This document shows, piece by piece, positions 25,235 through 37,200 of a stretch of DNA of 63,822 bases (positions are counted from its first letter, which is position 1; every line of letters begins with the position of its first letter). The stretch is from Mustelus asterias (Eukaryota). Where the stretch lies: positions 372,001 to 435,822 of the forward strand of contig NW_027590210.1 in NCBI RefSeq assembly GCF_964213995.1, given 5' to 3'. Below the pieces are notes generated by a model, which was given only the letters and a program-made list of their open reading frames with translations, was not told the origin of the DNA and did not search any database. The position numbers and the translations under genes are program-made.

Positions 25235-25697
25235 CGTCTGAACGCGCAGTAATAAGTGGCAGCATCAGTCAGGCTCAAGTCGAATATATTTAAACTGATG
25301 AATTTGTTCGAGGCCTGGAGATCTACATAGAACCGACTTTTAAAAACATCTGCTTTATCTTCATAACCATCAGGATCTTTCCGCAGAATAAACACGGGCT
25401 GCTTGTCTGGAAGTTGTCGGTACCAGTACAGCCTATAGTCGCTCTCTGTGGTTTGATAGTCACAGGTTAAAGTCACGATCTCGCCTTCTCCCTTAACATC
25501 TGATGAGAGCGACTGGGTGACAGAATCTCCATGACTCAGATCTGAAATTAACAAAACAGAAAATGTTCAGACGGGCGGATCATGAAAGAATGGTCTGGAA
25601 CCAAGCTTGGGAAATGTGAGAAACGGTGCAATGTATTTTGCACATAATTACCTGTCAGGAATGGTCCCCACAGTACCCACATACCGAGCAGCCACAT
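25235..25697 (-). CDS. TRAV/DV: TCR alpha/delta V gene (V7), intact, inverted
   Basis: Leader 25697-25652 (MWLLGMWVLWGPFLT); V exon 25541-25235 DSVTQ..VTLTCDY..WYRQ..DAATYYCAFR; RSS cacagtg 25234-25228 + 23 + gcaaaaacc 25204-25196. Confidence 0.93.
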
Positions 25698-26617
25698 TGT
25701 CGCTGTCCGCTCTGTAGAGGAGGAGCTGGGTGTTTGATTTCATCAAGTCTAATCCTTACCCTCAATAATCAGCTTCCTGTCTCCAGATGTTCTCACTTCC
25801 GTCCCTTCTGTCCCCAGTGGAGCTGCGTGACACCCAGGTGGTGAGATAACAGACAGTAAACAGACACACAGTGAGCTGGATGGCAATCACTATCCTTACA
25901 GAGAAAACTTCGAGATTTAACGATTGACGTCGGGAAGAAAATGGACAAATGGAGTGTAGGAACGTGGGAACAGCAGTCGGCCATTCTGCCCTTCGATTCT
26001 GTTTTGTCATTCAGTTAGATCAGGGCTGATCAGCCTGAACGCCACTTTCCCGCGCTATCTGCATAGCTCTTGATGAGATTATGCTCCATAAATTCAACAT
26101 GCTCAATAAATGACATTCCAAAAAACCCGCTTATTTTCTTACTGTGACCCGGAAGCTAAGGAAGGCTAAATAGTTCTGTCATTGTTTTTTTTTTAATACG
26201 TCCATTAGCCTTACTTTCAGGACAGTTTCAACCGTGATTCCAGTGAAAGTTTGTTCTGTGTGTGGGACATGGGTGCCATTGGTTGGCCAGCATTTATTGT
26301 CCATCGCTAGCTGAGAATCAACCACATCGCAGTGGCTCTGGTGTCACATGGAGGCCAGAGGAATGCAGTTTTCCTTCCCTCAAGTACTTTCGTGAATTAG
26401 ATTTTTAATTGTAGATTTTTTTAATTGAAATGAGTCTGCAGAACTTTAGCTGAGCCTCTGGATTAATCGTCTCGGGATAATACCCCCAGGCCCCTGTTGT
26501 GAATATCAGAAAAAACTGAAAATGTATGGAGGCACTACAGAGCGCATCATGCTGTATTTAAAGAAGTTCAATATTATTACCATTCTCTGCCCCGTTCACC
26601 CTGTGACTTTGCGGCAG

Positions 26618-26802
26618 TGTTTTGGTGCGGGGCTCCCTCTGGTTTCTGTCTCTGAGTCTCTCAGTCCGCAGTAATACACCGCGCGGCCAGACAGCCGCAG
26701 CTCACGGATGGTGAAATTCCCATTGTTTTTCGACCGGTCAATAGATGCAGAAAATCAGGTCCCCGTGTCCTCTGCAATGGAAATGTCTCCATCATTAGAG
26801 AT
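26618..26802 (-). pseudogene. 3' half of V pseudogene disrupted by Gypsy
   Basis: ISNDGDISIAEDTGT*FSASIDRSKNNGNFTIRELRLSGRAVYYCGLRD; RSS ctcagag + 23 + accaaaaca. Confidence 0.85.
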
Positions 26803-29300
26803 TGATGCGCTACTCAAACACGAGGCCTGAAGCTCAGTAAATGAAAGGCTTTTATTTACTGTAACGAAGCTGCCAGAACTTATATACACTATCCCAGACT
26901 GAAGGGGTCCCGGCCAGAGCAGGGACTCTTATACCTCTCCCAGGAGGCGGAGCCCGACTGGGATGTGCCACAACACTACAGTACAAAGGTGTAACAACCC
27001 CACCCTAACCCCAACAGCAACAATAGCACAACCCAACAGTAACATATGTACATCCTTGTAGTACTGGCCAGACCCTGGCTCAGTACTATCCAGTGGGAAC
27101 CAACGATGGTTCACCACATTCACCCCTCCTTTGAGAACAAAGGCCGGCGGGGTACAAAAAAACAGAATAAAGTGTCAGCAGTCTATAAGTTCAAATGGTC
27201 AGGGGGACCGCACCGTCGTTGTGACCTCCTCAATACCGGCGGTGACACCGGAGTAGGCACTTGCAGTGGCGTTCTCCCCAAGGCGGCGTCCAGCTGTTTT
27301 TCCACGGACTCACAGGCCGGTTGACCCTGAGGTGACGGTAGTCCATGGGATCCTGACACGCCCTGCGGTGGCGACCATCTTCTGGGCTCAGGCAAGCTGT
27401 ACATGGGAGTAAAATGGTTAAGCAATGGTCCCGATGCTGCCCGCGCCGTGTTCGAGGAAGAAACAAGAGATAAAGGGTTTGTTACAGGGGGTATGGGAGC
27501 GACAGGGGTTGCTACATCCCCTGCTGGCGCCAGGTCTCAGATCGAGACCGTCTCCTCTCGCCCGTCAGGGTATGCCACACAGGCATACTGAGGGTTGGCG
27601 TGGGGGAGATGGACCTGTTCGACCAACGGGTCGGACTTGCGGGCCCTTACATGTCGCCGCAGGAGGACGGGTCCTGAGTACGTCAACCAAGACGGTAATG
27701 AGGTCCCCGAGGAAGACTTCCGAGGGAATGAGAACATCCTCTCGTGGGGAGTAGCATTGGTTGCTGTACACAGGAGGGAGCGAATAGAATGGAGCGCATC
27801 AGGGAGCACCTCTTGCCAACGGGAGACTGGAAGACCTTTTGACTTCAACGCCAGTAAGACAGCCTTCCAGACTGTAGCATTCTCGCATTCCACCTGTCCA
27901 TTACCCCTAGGGTTGTAGCTCGTGGTCCTACTAGAGGCAATCCCGTAGAAGAGCAGGAATTGCCTCAAGTCATCGCTCATGAACGACGAGCCCCTGTCGC
28001 TATGGATGTAGCCGGGGTACCCGAACAGGGTAAAGAGATCACGGAATGCCTTGATAACTGTGGCAGCGGATGTATCAGAGCAGGGAACAACAAAAGGGAA
28101 CCGAGAGTACTCGTCAATGATATTGAGGAAGTACACATTCCGATCTGTTGAAGGAAGGGGGCCCTTAAAATCGACACTCAGTCTCTCGAAGGGACGAGTG
28201 GCCTTGACTAAATGTGCCCGGTCAGGTCGGTAAAAGTGCGGTTTGCATTCCGCGCAAACCCGACAGCTCCTTGTTACTGACCTGACGTCCTCCACCGAGT
28301 AAGGCAGGTTGCGGGCTTTTATAAAGTGGGAGAGCCGAGTGACCCCAGGATGGCACAGGTAATTATGGAGGGCGTGCAAACGGTCCTCCTGTATACTAGC
28401 CCATGTTCCACGCGAGAGGGCATCCGAGGGCTCATTGAGTTTCCCTGGACTATACATGATGTCGTAGTTATAGGTGGAGAGTTCAATTCTCCACCGCAAG
28501 ATCTTGTCATTCTTGATCTTGCCCCTCTGCGTGTTGTTAAACATGAACGCCACGGACCGCTGGTCCGTGATCAGGGTGAACCGTTTTCCCACCAAGTAAT
28601 GGCGCCAGTGCCTGACAGCCTCCACAATGGCCTGGGCCTCCTTTTCCACCGCTGAATGCCGAATTTCGGGGCCTTGGAGGGTGCGGGAAAAAAATGCGAC
28701 GGGCCTGCCCGCCTGGTTAAGTGTGGCGGCCAGGGCGAAATCAGATGCATCGCTCTCCACCTGAAAGGGGATGGACTCGTCTACAGCGTGCATCGTAGCT
28801 TTCGCGATGTCGGCTTTCAATTTATCGAAGGCCAATCGGGCCTCTGGCGTTAAGGGAAATGTCGTGGACTTAATGAGCGGACGGGCTTTATCCGCGTAGT
28901 TGGGAACCCACTGCGCATAATAAGAGAAGAAGCCTAAGCATCTTCTCAGTGCTTTTGCACTAGCAGGTAAGGGAAGTTCAGAAAGGGGGCGCATACGGTC
29001 TGGATCAGGGCCAATGACCCCGTTTTCCACCACGTATCCTCGGATGGCTAAACGGCGCGTACGAAACACACACTTCTCCCTGTTGTAGGTCAAGTTCAGG
29101 CGAGATGCAGTGCGTAGGAAGTTCAGGAGATTTGTGTCGTGGTCCTGCTGGTCATGGCCGCAGATGGTGACATTATCCAGGTACGGGAAGGTAGCCCGCA
29201 GCCCGTTCTGGTCCACCATTCGGTCCATAGCACGCTGGAAGACCGAGACCCCATTGGTGACACCAAAGGGAACCCTGAGAAAGTGATACAAGCGACGGTC
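26803..29300 (-). mobile_element. Ty3/Gypsy LTR retrotransposon, 5'-deleted
   Basis: 3' LTR 27118-26803 (TG..CA, contains AATAAA); polypurine tract 27132-27119; pol ORF; no gag or 5' LTR. Confidence 0.93.
27537..29291 (-). CDS. pol: Gypsy pol fragment (RT-RNase H-integrase)
   Basis: VPFG..YLDNV (RT), ESDASD (RNase H), H..H..CRVC zinc finger, VDFKGP/SDRG/GNGQVE (integrase). Confidence 0.9.
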   Translation of the reverse strand: MYHFLRVPFGVTNGVSVFQRAMDRMVDQNGLRATFPYLDNVTICGHDQQDHDTNLLNFLRTASRLNLTYNREKCVFRTRRLAIRGYVVENGVIGPDPDRMRPLSELPLPASAKALRRCLGFFSYYAQWVPNYADKARPLIKSTTFPLTPEARLAFDKLKADIAKATMHAVDESIPFQVESDASDFALAATLNQAGRPVAFFSRTLQGPEIRHSAVEKEAQAIVEAVRHWRHYLVGKRFTLITDQRSVAFMFNNTQRGKIKNDKILRWRIELSTYNYDIMYSPGKLNEPSDALSRGTWASIQEDRLHALHNYLCHPGVTRLSHFIKARNLPYSVEDVRSVTRSCRVCAECKPHFYRPDRAHLVKATRPFERLSVDFKGPLPSTDRNVYFLNIIDEYSRFPFVVPCSDTSAATVIKAFRDLFTLFGYPGYIHSDRGSSFMSDDLRQFLLFYGIASSRTTSYNPRGNGQVECENATVWKAVLLALKSKGLPVSRWQEVLPDALHSIRSLLCTATNATPHERMFSFPRKSSSGTSLPSWLTYSGPVLLRRHVRARKSDPLVEQVHLPHANPQYACVAYPDGREETVSI

Positions 29301-29440
29301 AGCTCACACAGGGTGAAACTAATAGCAATTCTGCCTCACTCTGGGCCACTGGGGGAGGAGATGCCACAAATGCCCCCAAAATAAACCATTTAAAAATTAA
29401 TCTTACCGAGTGTGGGCTTCGATGCCGAGTCAAGCATTTA
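29301..29440 (-). pseudogene. Possible leader + FR1 remnant of the Gypsy-split V
   Basis: g|gtaag donor at 29406, ctcctcccccag acceptor at 29349, VAQSEAELL...; short 58-bp intron. Confidence 0.4.
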
Positions 29441-30238
29441 TTGCACTTTGCTAGTTTCCTTTGGGATGGTGGTGGTAGTTTGGAACAGCACTGTTCCAGT
29501 CAAACTGATATCCAGAAAATCTAACTGTGAGTTGAAACGGGAGTTTCACTGTCTTGTGACTAAAATAATACAATATCACCATCTGCTGGCGGCTCTCACT
29601 TACTGCAGGCGCTGTGAGTCACAGAGAGGTTCAGTCACTCGATGGCTGGACCTGGGACCCGGTTGCTGAAGTGTGAATATTGAATAACATTGTCAGGGAT
29701 GAAAGTTTGCAGCAGGAGGTCGGGGTGGCGCATTTTCCCTTTTGTCACCATCCACTCTATGCGAACTTTGTTCCCCATTGCCCATGGGAGATATTGCCTG
29801 GCGATTGCATCTGGGGATTAATGTACACACTTGATGTAGTTATCAGATGTAAATTCCATCCAAAATTATAGTAGGTAAACGTTGCTGCACTTTGATGTAC
29901 CAAGCTCTTTGGAGCTTAAGTTGCTAATGATACCTGGACGATATAATTTTGCCAGCGCGACCGAATAAATTACAGGATTTTAACATCGATGTATAATAAT
30001 GTCAGCAGATGATTATTATCATGCCCAGTAACACACACTTCATTTTAGATAACTATGAAGATGGAATAAATGCTTTCCTTGTTCTTCATCTTCATAGCTC
30101 ATTCTGGGCGGCACGGTAGCACAGTGGTTAGCACTGTGTGTCGTTATGTGTGTCGTTTTCTTTTTAAAGACATTTTTGGAGGGTCTCTTTGTCGCTCGCT
30201 GTGTCATTTCAATTGTCGCTGCCTTTTAGCACTCTTTT

Positions 30239-30253
30239 AGCGCCCTCTGGTGA
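30239..30253 (-). promoter_or_regulatory. CTCF-like site
   Basis: Reverse complement tcaccagagggcgct. Confidence 0.6.
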
Positions 30254-31151
30254 GAACCAACTGGATATCTCTCTATGAGATTTTCTATGGATTTTCTTTT
30301 TCCTCTATATTTTTGGCAGGGAAATACGCAGTGGTGTCGGGGAGCAGGACAGAACTGACGTTTAAGTAAATAATTTCCTTTAATCGGTTTCTTAATTACT
30401 AAAGCTGTGCACTGTTCTCCAGCTGAGATATCGCCAACATTCAGTGCAATTGCAACAGTATTTAATTTAATTTCTCCTGAACATCGTCAGCTTTGGAATA
30501 AAGGGCAACATCCAATTATCCTTCCTAACTGTTGGCTCAATCTTTAGGTTAAATGTCTGTGTTTTGTATAAAAGAACATACAAATCGCTCTGCACACCAG
30601 CAAGGAATAATTTCCCACTAATTACACTGTTTAATACTTCCTTTCTCTTCCCTGCAAATTGAATAGCATATTTTTCTATTCATGGCTCCAATTGACTAGT
30701 CACATAATCTCCACATAACGCTTGGCAGCGACTTTCTGTCTCTCTCTACAGCTGACTATGTAACGTCACTTTGTATTATCCGAAAACCTTGATACACTAC
30801 AGCTGTCCCCTCTATATGTTGATAAAGTCCAGGTGAATAGCAGTGTTTCAGGGCGGCGGCTCACCAACATCTTTCCCGAGGATATCAAGGGTGCACAAAT
30901 AAGCACTGGTCTTAACAGTGACGCTGGAATTAAGTGAAAAAAATGTTTAACCGAGTGTAATTTAATTGGATTCAGGATTACCACTATCCTGATGCTGAAG
31001 CTATCAGAATTATTGAGAAAATGTGACCAAACTCAGCAATTTGTGCTCGTTTCCGGCTCACCATAGGGCAACACCGGCAGATTACTGGGGGCGGGGTTTA
31101 AAACAGATTCTGTCAAATACCCAACTCCCCTTTACAGCGCGGATAGAGGCA

Positions 31152-31612
31152 ATGCGGCGGCTCAGCATCTGGGTTGTGTGGGTAGCATTCTTGACTGGTA
31201 ATTGGGGATGAAATACATTTCATCCTTTATTTCACGTATGGGTCAAATATTTCCAGCCTCTGACCTGACCAGTTTCCATTTGATTATGTTTATTTGTTTT
31301 TTCAGATGTGACTAATGAAGATTCTGTCACTCAGCGGTCCCCCTCAGATGGTAAGACAGAAGGAGAAGCGGTGACATTGATCTGTCGCTATGATACCACA
31401 GCCACCAATTATTACTTACATTGGTATCGACAGCGCCCAGAGAAGCAACCGGAATTTATAGTGATGAAAAGTTCTTGGGACACTGAGGATAAAGCAGGTT
31501 TTGCTACAATCCGTTTCTCCGCTGAGCTCCAGATCGAGAATAAAATCACCAGTTTAACCATCTCGGGTCTGCAGCTAACTGACGCTGGCGGCTATTACTG
31601 CGCTTTCAGTCT
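31152..31612 (+). CDS. TRAV/DV: TCR alpha/delta V gene (V8), intact
   Basis: Leader 31152-31197 (MRRLSIWVVWVAFLT); V exon 31306-31612 DSVTQ..ICRY..HWYRQ..DAGGYYCAFS; RSS cacagtg 31613 + 23 + acaaaaact 31643-31651. Confidence 0.93.
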
Positions 31613-31689
31613 CACAGTGATAGAAAACATTCTCACCGCCGAACAAAAACTCTAGATAGGAGCTGCTGCCTACTGCGGATTGTTTAGAA

Positions 31690-33250
31690 TCGCCCCCCGA
31701 TTGCCCGCCCCCCGATTGCCCCGCCCCCCGATCACTCTCTCTCAGGAACTCACCGCCATAGCCCTCTGAGCCACTCCCAATCCTTCTCAACCCGCTGCCC
31801 TCAATCTCCACTAATTCCCCTTTCCCCCACCTGATTCCCTGTCCCTCTGCCCGACCTGCTTTAATCCGACTCTGTAAGCACCCCCTCCCCCCGCTCAATC
31901 TCTCTGACACCCACTGCCAATCTGACTCTCAGCCCCCTGAATCCTCCAAGTTCCTGCCCCAAATCCTCAGCCCCCCCCCCCCAAAGGCTCCCTTTGCCCC
32001 CCCTGCCAAAATCAAGCCACCCAATCCTTCCTCAGTCCTCCCCACCCCTGAATCCCTCTGAGTCACCCCCCCGCTCCGAATCGCTCGACACCCCCCCAAT
32101 TCTAACCCTGATGCAAGGCCCCACCCTAAATCCCTCTCTGAATTTCCCCCCTCCCAAATCCCTATAAATCCACCCCGCCCTCAATCCCTTTCCCTCCACC
32201 CCGACTCGCCCCCCCGCTAACTCCCTCTGACTCCCTACCCCATCCAGACCCTCCCCAGATTCTAAGCCCCTGAGATTCCTCTGGAATCCCCCCTGAATGT
32301 CTCCCGAGATCGCACCCACCCTCGCCACATTCCTCTGCCCCCGAATCCTGCTCCCTCTCCAATCCCACCCCTTCAATCTGTCTGAGCACCAAACCATGTC
32401 TTTTAATCCCCGTAAACCCCCCAATCCCTCCTGTATCCCTCAGAACCCCAGAAATCCCCCTCTGAGCCCCCTCTTCCCAAATCCCCCTCAATTCCCCCCG
32501 ATTCCCTCCCTCTCAGCCCCGCTAAATCCCAAAGTCCCCATGAGACCCTTAAATCCCCCTGAATCCCTCTAATTCCCGACCACAATCCCTGAGTCTACCC
32601 CTACATCCCTCTCCACTCTCCCCCTTTAATCCCCCTCAATCCCCCCCCCACTCCAGCCAAATCTGTCATCCCTCCTCACAATCCCTCTAAATCTCCCGAT
32701 CCTTCCCTCTGAGCCCCGTATCCCTCTAAGTTCTCCTCTTTCCCCCCCCCCGCCCCTCTCAACCTGGCAAATTCCCACTCCCTCCCTGTGAACAGCCTCT
32801 GGACTGACAGATCCCCCCCTTTCTAATTAGTACCCCCCCCTCCGCGCGTCCATCCCCGTCCACCACCCCCCTGTAAACAGCTCCTGGTGGAGTTGGATGT
32901 GGAAACTCTGCCCATTTTAAACATTAACGTTCAAATGACTAATTCCCTTGACACTGAGCAGCCTGTGTTATAACATCCCCCACCCCCATCCTGTACAACA
33001 GACCCCCTGTCTGATTCCCCCTCCCCCCTCCTCCATTGCCCCCTTTCTCTGATAACCCCTGACTCTGGTCAGCCTGTGTTATAATATTCCCCCCTCTTGT
33101 ACAACAGCCTCCCCCACCGGCCCCTTCCCTCTCTGTCTAATAGCCCCGGCTCTGAACAAGCCCCTGTATTACACACTCCCCCCTTTCAGCAGTGCTGAAT
33201 CCCTCTGAATTGCCCCCGATTCCCTCCCTCTGCGTTCCTGGGCCCTTGCT
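31690..33250. repeat. C-rich low-complexity tract
   Basis: Degenerate (aatcccc)n and strong strand skew. Confidence 0.8.
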
Positions 33251-36200
33251 GCTTGTGAACAGCAAACCCGTGATCTGGCCCGTCCCCCACGAGAGAGCAG
33301 AGAGAGAGAGATATATAAGAAGACAGAGATAGAGAGAATGCTGCTGTAATTCAGACAGAATGATTCACAGAGAGGGGGAAGCAGAGATCAGAGAGATGGA
33401 GATGGGGAGGATGCGACTGTAATTCAGACTGATTCACAGAGAAGGAAGCAGAGATCAGAGAGAGGGGGAAGCAGATAGAGAGAGGGAAGCGATAGAGAGA
33501 GATAAGAGACAAATAAAAGCAGAGTTAAAGTTAAAATTTTATTTGTTAATCACAAGTAGGCTTACATTAACACTGCAATGAAGTTATTGTGAAAAGATAT
33601 AGAGATGGGGAGTGAGAGAGAATGCTGCTGTACTTCAGACAGAATGAGTCACAGAGAGGGAGCAGAGATAGACAGAGGGGGGAGCAGAGAGATAGAGAGA
33701 GAGACGGAGAGGAGGCTGCTGTGATTGAGATAAAATGATCCACAGAGAGAGAGATGTCCAGAGAGGCTGAGATACAAAGTGAGATGTCGAGATAAATAGA
33801 AAGTGGGGCTTTGGCAAGACAGAGTGACAAAGTTTCAGAGAGAGTGAAAGATAGAGAGAAGGAGAGAAAAAGGGAAAGATGCTGCCATTGTGAGAGGCTG
33901 AGGTATAAAGGATGGGGAGAGACCGGGATTGGAAAGATGTGGAGAAACAGTTCTGAGGATGGGGGAGTTGCACAGACAGAGCTTCAGGGAGAGGGATTGA
34001 AATCTGTGGGATTACATTGGAGCAGGGATCACTGGGAATACCCCCTCCCCCTGACACACAGACCACTAACCTTCAGTGTAAAAGCCCCACCAGTCTATCT
34101 GTGAATAAAAATGAACGACAAAGACACGGGGACTTTTATTAATATTTTTCTCTCTGGTTATAGCTCTTGTCCGAGGATTCCTCACGGCAAAACTATTCGC
34201 TCTCTGCATCGCCAAAGTTTCCAAAGGAATTCTCCTTGGAAGAGAGAAAGAGAAAATAAAGTGAAATTTGATTAAACACAAAACAAAAGCTGATTATAAA
34301 CAATAAAAGGCACAGCAAGATCCCAGGACTTGCTGAAATTCACAATCTCACTGGGGGAGGTGGGGGAAACATTCATTTTCACCTCCTCATTATTAAACCC
34401 TGACAAAATGGGAACACGTTTCAAATGCAATGAACTTCCAACTGCCTCCTGACTGTCCCGATATTGAATTTATTAAACACATCAAAGCATTCTGGGGGCT
34501 TTACTCCAGAGACAGGCCAGTGAAAAAACACAGGAGGCCCCAATGAAGTTCCCACTTCTATCAGTCACCTCTCTCCCCTCACTCTGTTTCTCCCTCTCCG
34601 TCTCTTACACACTTCCCCCCAGATCTATATCTGTCCAATACCCCGTCTCTGCTCCTGTCTCTGGATAACCTGTCCTGATCTCTGCTCTGTTTCTCTATCT
34701 CGAGGCGAATCTGGATTGAAATGCTCTCTCTAAGTTTCTGTCTGACCGTTTAAAATAAAACTCACAATCAAAAGGGAAATGAGAGGGGGGGGCGGGGGGC
34801 GGGGGGCGCGGGGGGGCAGGAAAATCCACAATCCCACCCTGAAGCGGCTGCTTCACATTTTATTGAACCATTGAATTCAGCCACTTAAACCCTGTTGGGG
34901 AATTAAGCGAATGCAAAAGTGCTGCTGAGATTTAGGCCGTGAAGTGAGGCCTAGTCACAGAGGCTGCATTATTCCTCAGGTAGAAAGAACAAACCCCCCT
35001 CTCTCCCACCCCCCAGTTAAACAGAACAATCTTCTCCATCCACACCCACAAATCCCAGCGCCCTGTCTAAAAACACAAGCAGGACTCTGGGATTGAGAAC
35101 AAGCCTTTCCCCCCAGGCTCAGGAATTTGAATTTCAGCTCCCTCTCCCTCCCGAGTGCTTCACAGTGAGAGAGAGAGAGACTGGGAATGCTGCAATCAGG
35201 ATCCCACAGGGAGTCCCACACTGCAGGAGGACACCCCCCCCCACCCCCAGAGCCTCTGTCTCTATCCCCCTACCCCCCCTCCACTGAGCCCCCCCACACT
35301 CCCCACCCATTCTCTGTTCCTCTCTCTCTACCCCACCCTCCTTCCTCTCCATCTTTTCATGTTTAAAGTGTGGGGCGCTGTCACAGTGCAGGGAATATGG
35401 GGCGGGGAGGAGGGCACAGCAAGATCCCACACACACAGTCTGAGCAGGGCCAGATAGAAAGTGATTTTTAAGTGAGGATTGGGCTAAAGTGAGTGGGCAA
35501 TGAGGGAACCACACTTCTCCCTCTCTCTCCCTTGCTCCCCCCCTCCATCTCTTCCCCCACCTTTTCATGTTTAAAGCATGGGGCTCTGTCATAGTGTGAG
35601 GAATATGGGGCAGGGGGGACAGAGCATGAGTGCACAGCAAGATCCCACACACAGCTTGAACAGGGCCAGATACAAAGTGATTTTGAAGTGAGGATTGGGG
35701 TGAAGTGAGTGGGAAATGAGGGAACGACACGTCTCCCTCTCTCTCCCCTCCATCTCTCCCCCACCCCAAATGAAAATAATAAGTCACTCCAGCATTGGTG
35801 CTGTTAGTACATTCGATCTGAACTGGGAACCTTCCACTTCGAGCAGAGTCCCACCTCTCTCTGATTCCCTCTTTCTCTCGCTGTTTCTCTCTCCCTCTAT
35901 CTCTGAACCTGTCCAGCCCCCTCTGTGTCTCTTTTGCTTTCCCCCCAGATCTATATATATCCAAACCCCATCTCTGCCCCGGTCTCTCCTACTCTGGATA
36001 ATCTGTCCTGATCTCTGCTCTGTTTCTCCGTCTGGGGATGAATGGGGATTAAAATGCTCTCTCTGATAAGTTTCTGTCTGACCGTTTCAAATAATGACGT
36101 GTTGTGGGCCACGTTTGCTATTTCTCAGTGATTTCCATGGGGAAATGGGGAGGGAAGCTCCTCCTGCAAAGCCAGATCTCTCTCTCACTGCAATGTGGCA

Positions 36201-36744
36201 GCAGCCAGATTCCAATATCTTTACAACACATCAAATATGAGGAAAATATATTTTCAAACACAACAGCACAGATTCAGCCTCAGTTACACAGTCGCTGTTT
36301 CTAAATCCCACCTTCTGGGAGGCTGTGAGTGAGGGTCTTTATCTCAGAGTAAAGTATAAAGTAAAGTTTATTTCTTAGTCACAAGTAAGGCTTACATTAA
36401 CACTGCAATGAAGTTACTGTGAAATTCTCCTAGTCGCCACACTCTGGTGCCTGTTAATGCACCAGAGTGGGTTAATGCACCGAACCAGAGACTGGGGAGC
36501 TGGCTGGGCTGTGAGTGCACAGCGGAGGCCCCCCCCCCCCCCCCTACCCCTCTAACCCACTCCCCTCCAATCTCTCTTCTCTCCCTGCCCCTCTGCCTTT
36601 GCCCTCTCTCTCTCTCTCTCTGTTACCATCCCTTTCTCTCTCTCTCTCTCTCTCCCTCCCTGATAACTCACAATCACGGGAGAAAGATTGAAGAGAAAGA
36701 GATATAGCAGGAAAACCCACAATCACATCCCAAATCCAATGAAA

Positions 36745-37200
36745 GGGTTGACCAGGATGTTGCCTGGTATGGAGGGTATTGGCTGTGAGGATTGATTGAA
36801 TAAACTGGGATTGTTCTCCCTGGAAAGACGGAGGCTGAGGGACGACCAGCGGGAAGTTTATAAAATTATGAGGGGTGTGGCGAGGATGAACAGTTGGGAG
36901 CTTTTTGCCAGGACAGAAATGATAATTACAAGGGGGAACAAGTTCAAGATAAGGGGGGAAAGGTTGAGTGGAGATGTGCGGGGAAGGTTTTTACACAGAG
37001 GGTGGTGGGGGCCTGGAATGCGCTGCCAAGTGAGGTGGTTGGGGCAGATACATTAGTGACATTTAAGACTTATCTGGATAGACACATGAACAAACGGGGT
37101 AGAGAGGGATACAGGCCATTGGTCTCGATAGGTAAACATGATCGGCGCAGGCTTGGAGGGCCAAAGGACCTGTTCCTGTGCTGTGCTGTTCTTTGTATTA
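36745..37200 (+). mobile_element. CR1 LINE 3' fragment
   Basis: LGLFSLERRRLR..FTQRVVGAWNALP. Confidence 0.9.

Noticed and set aside
7700-31700. D/J segments or a NAR-TCR cassette
   Set aside because: No 12-RSS or FGxG J motif found by eye; all intact V genes have their own leaders.
34170-34235. QRANSF resembling a Gla-domain start
   Set aside because: No following LEE or ExC motif.
34870-34945. miR-430/302-like seed AAAGTGCT
   Set aside because: Poor stem, and the paralog at ~37280 lacks the seed.
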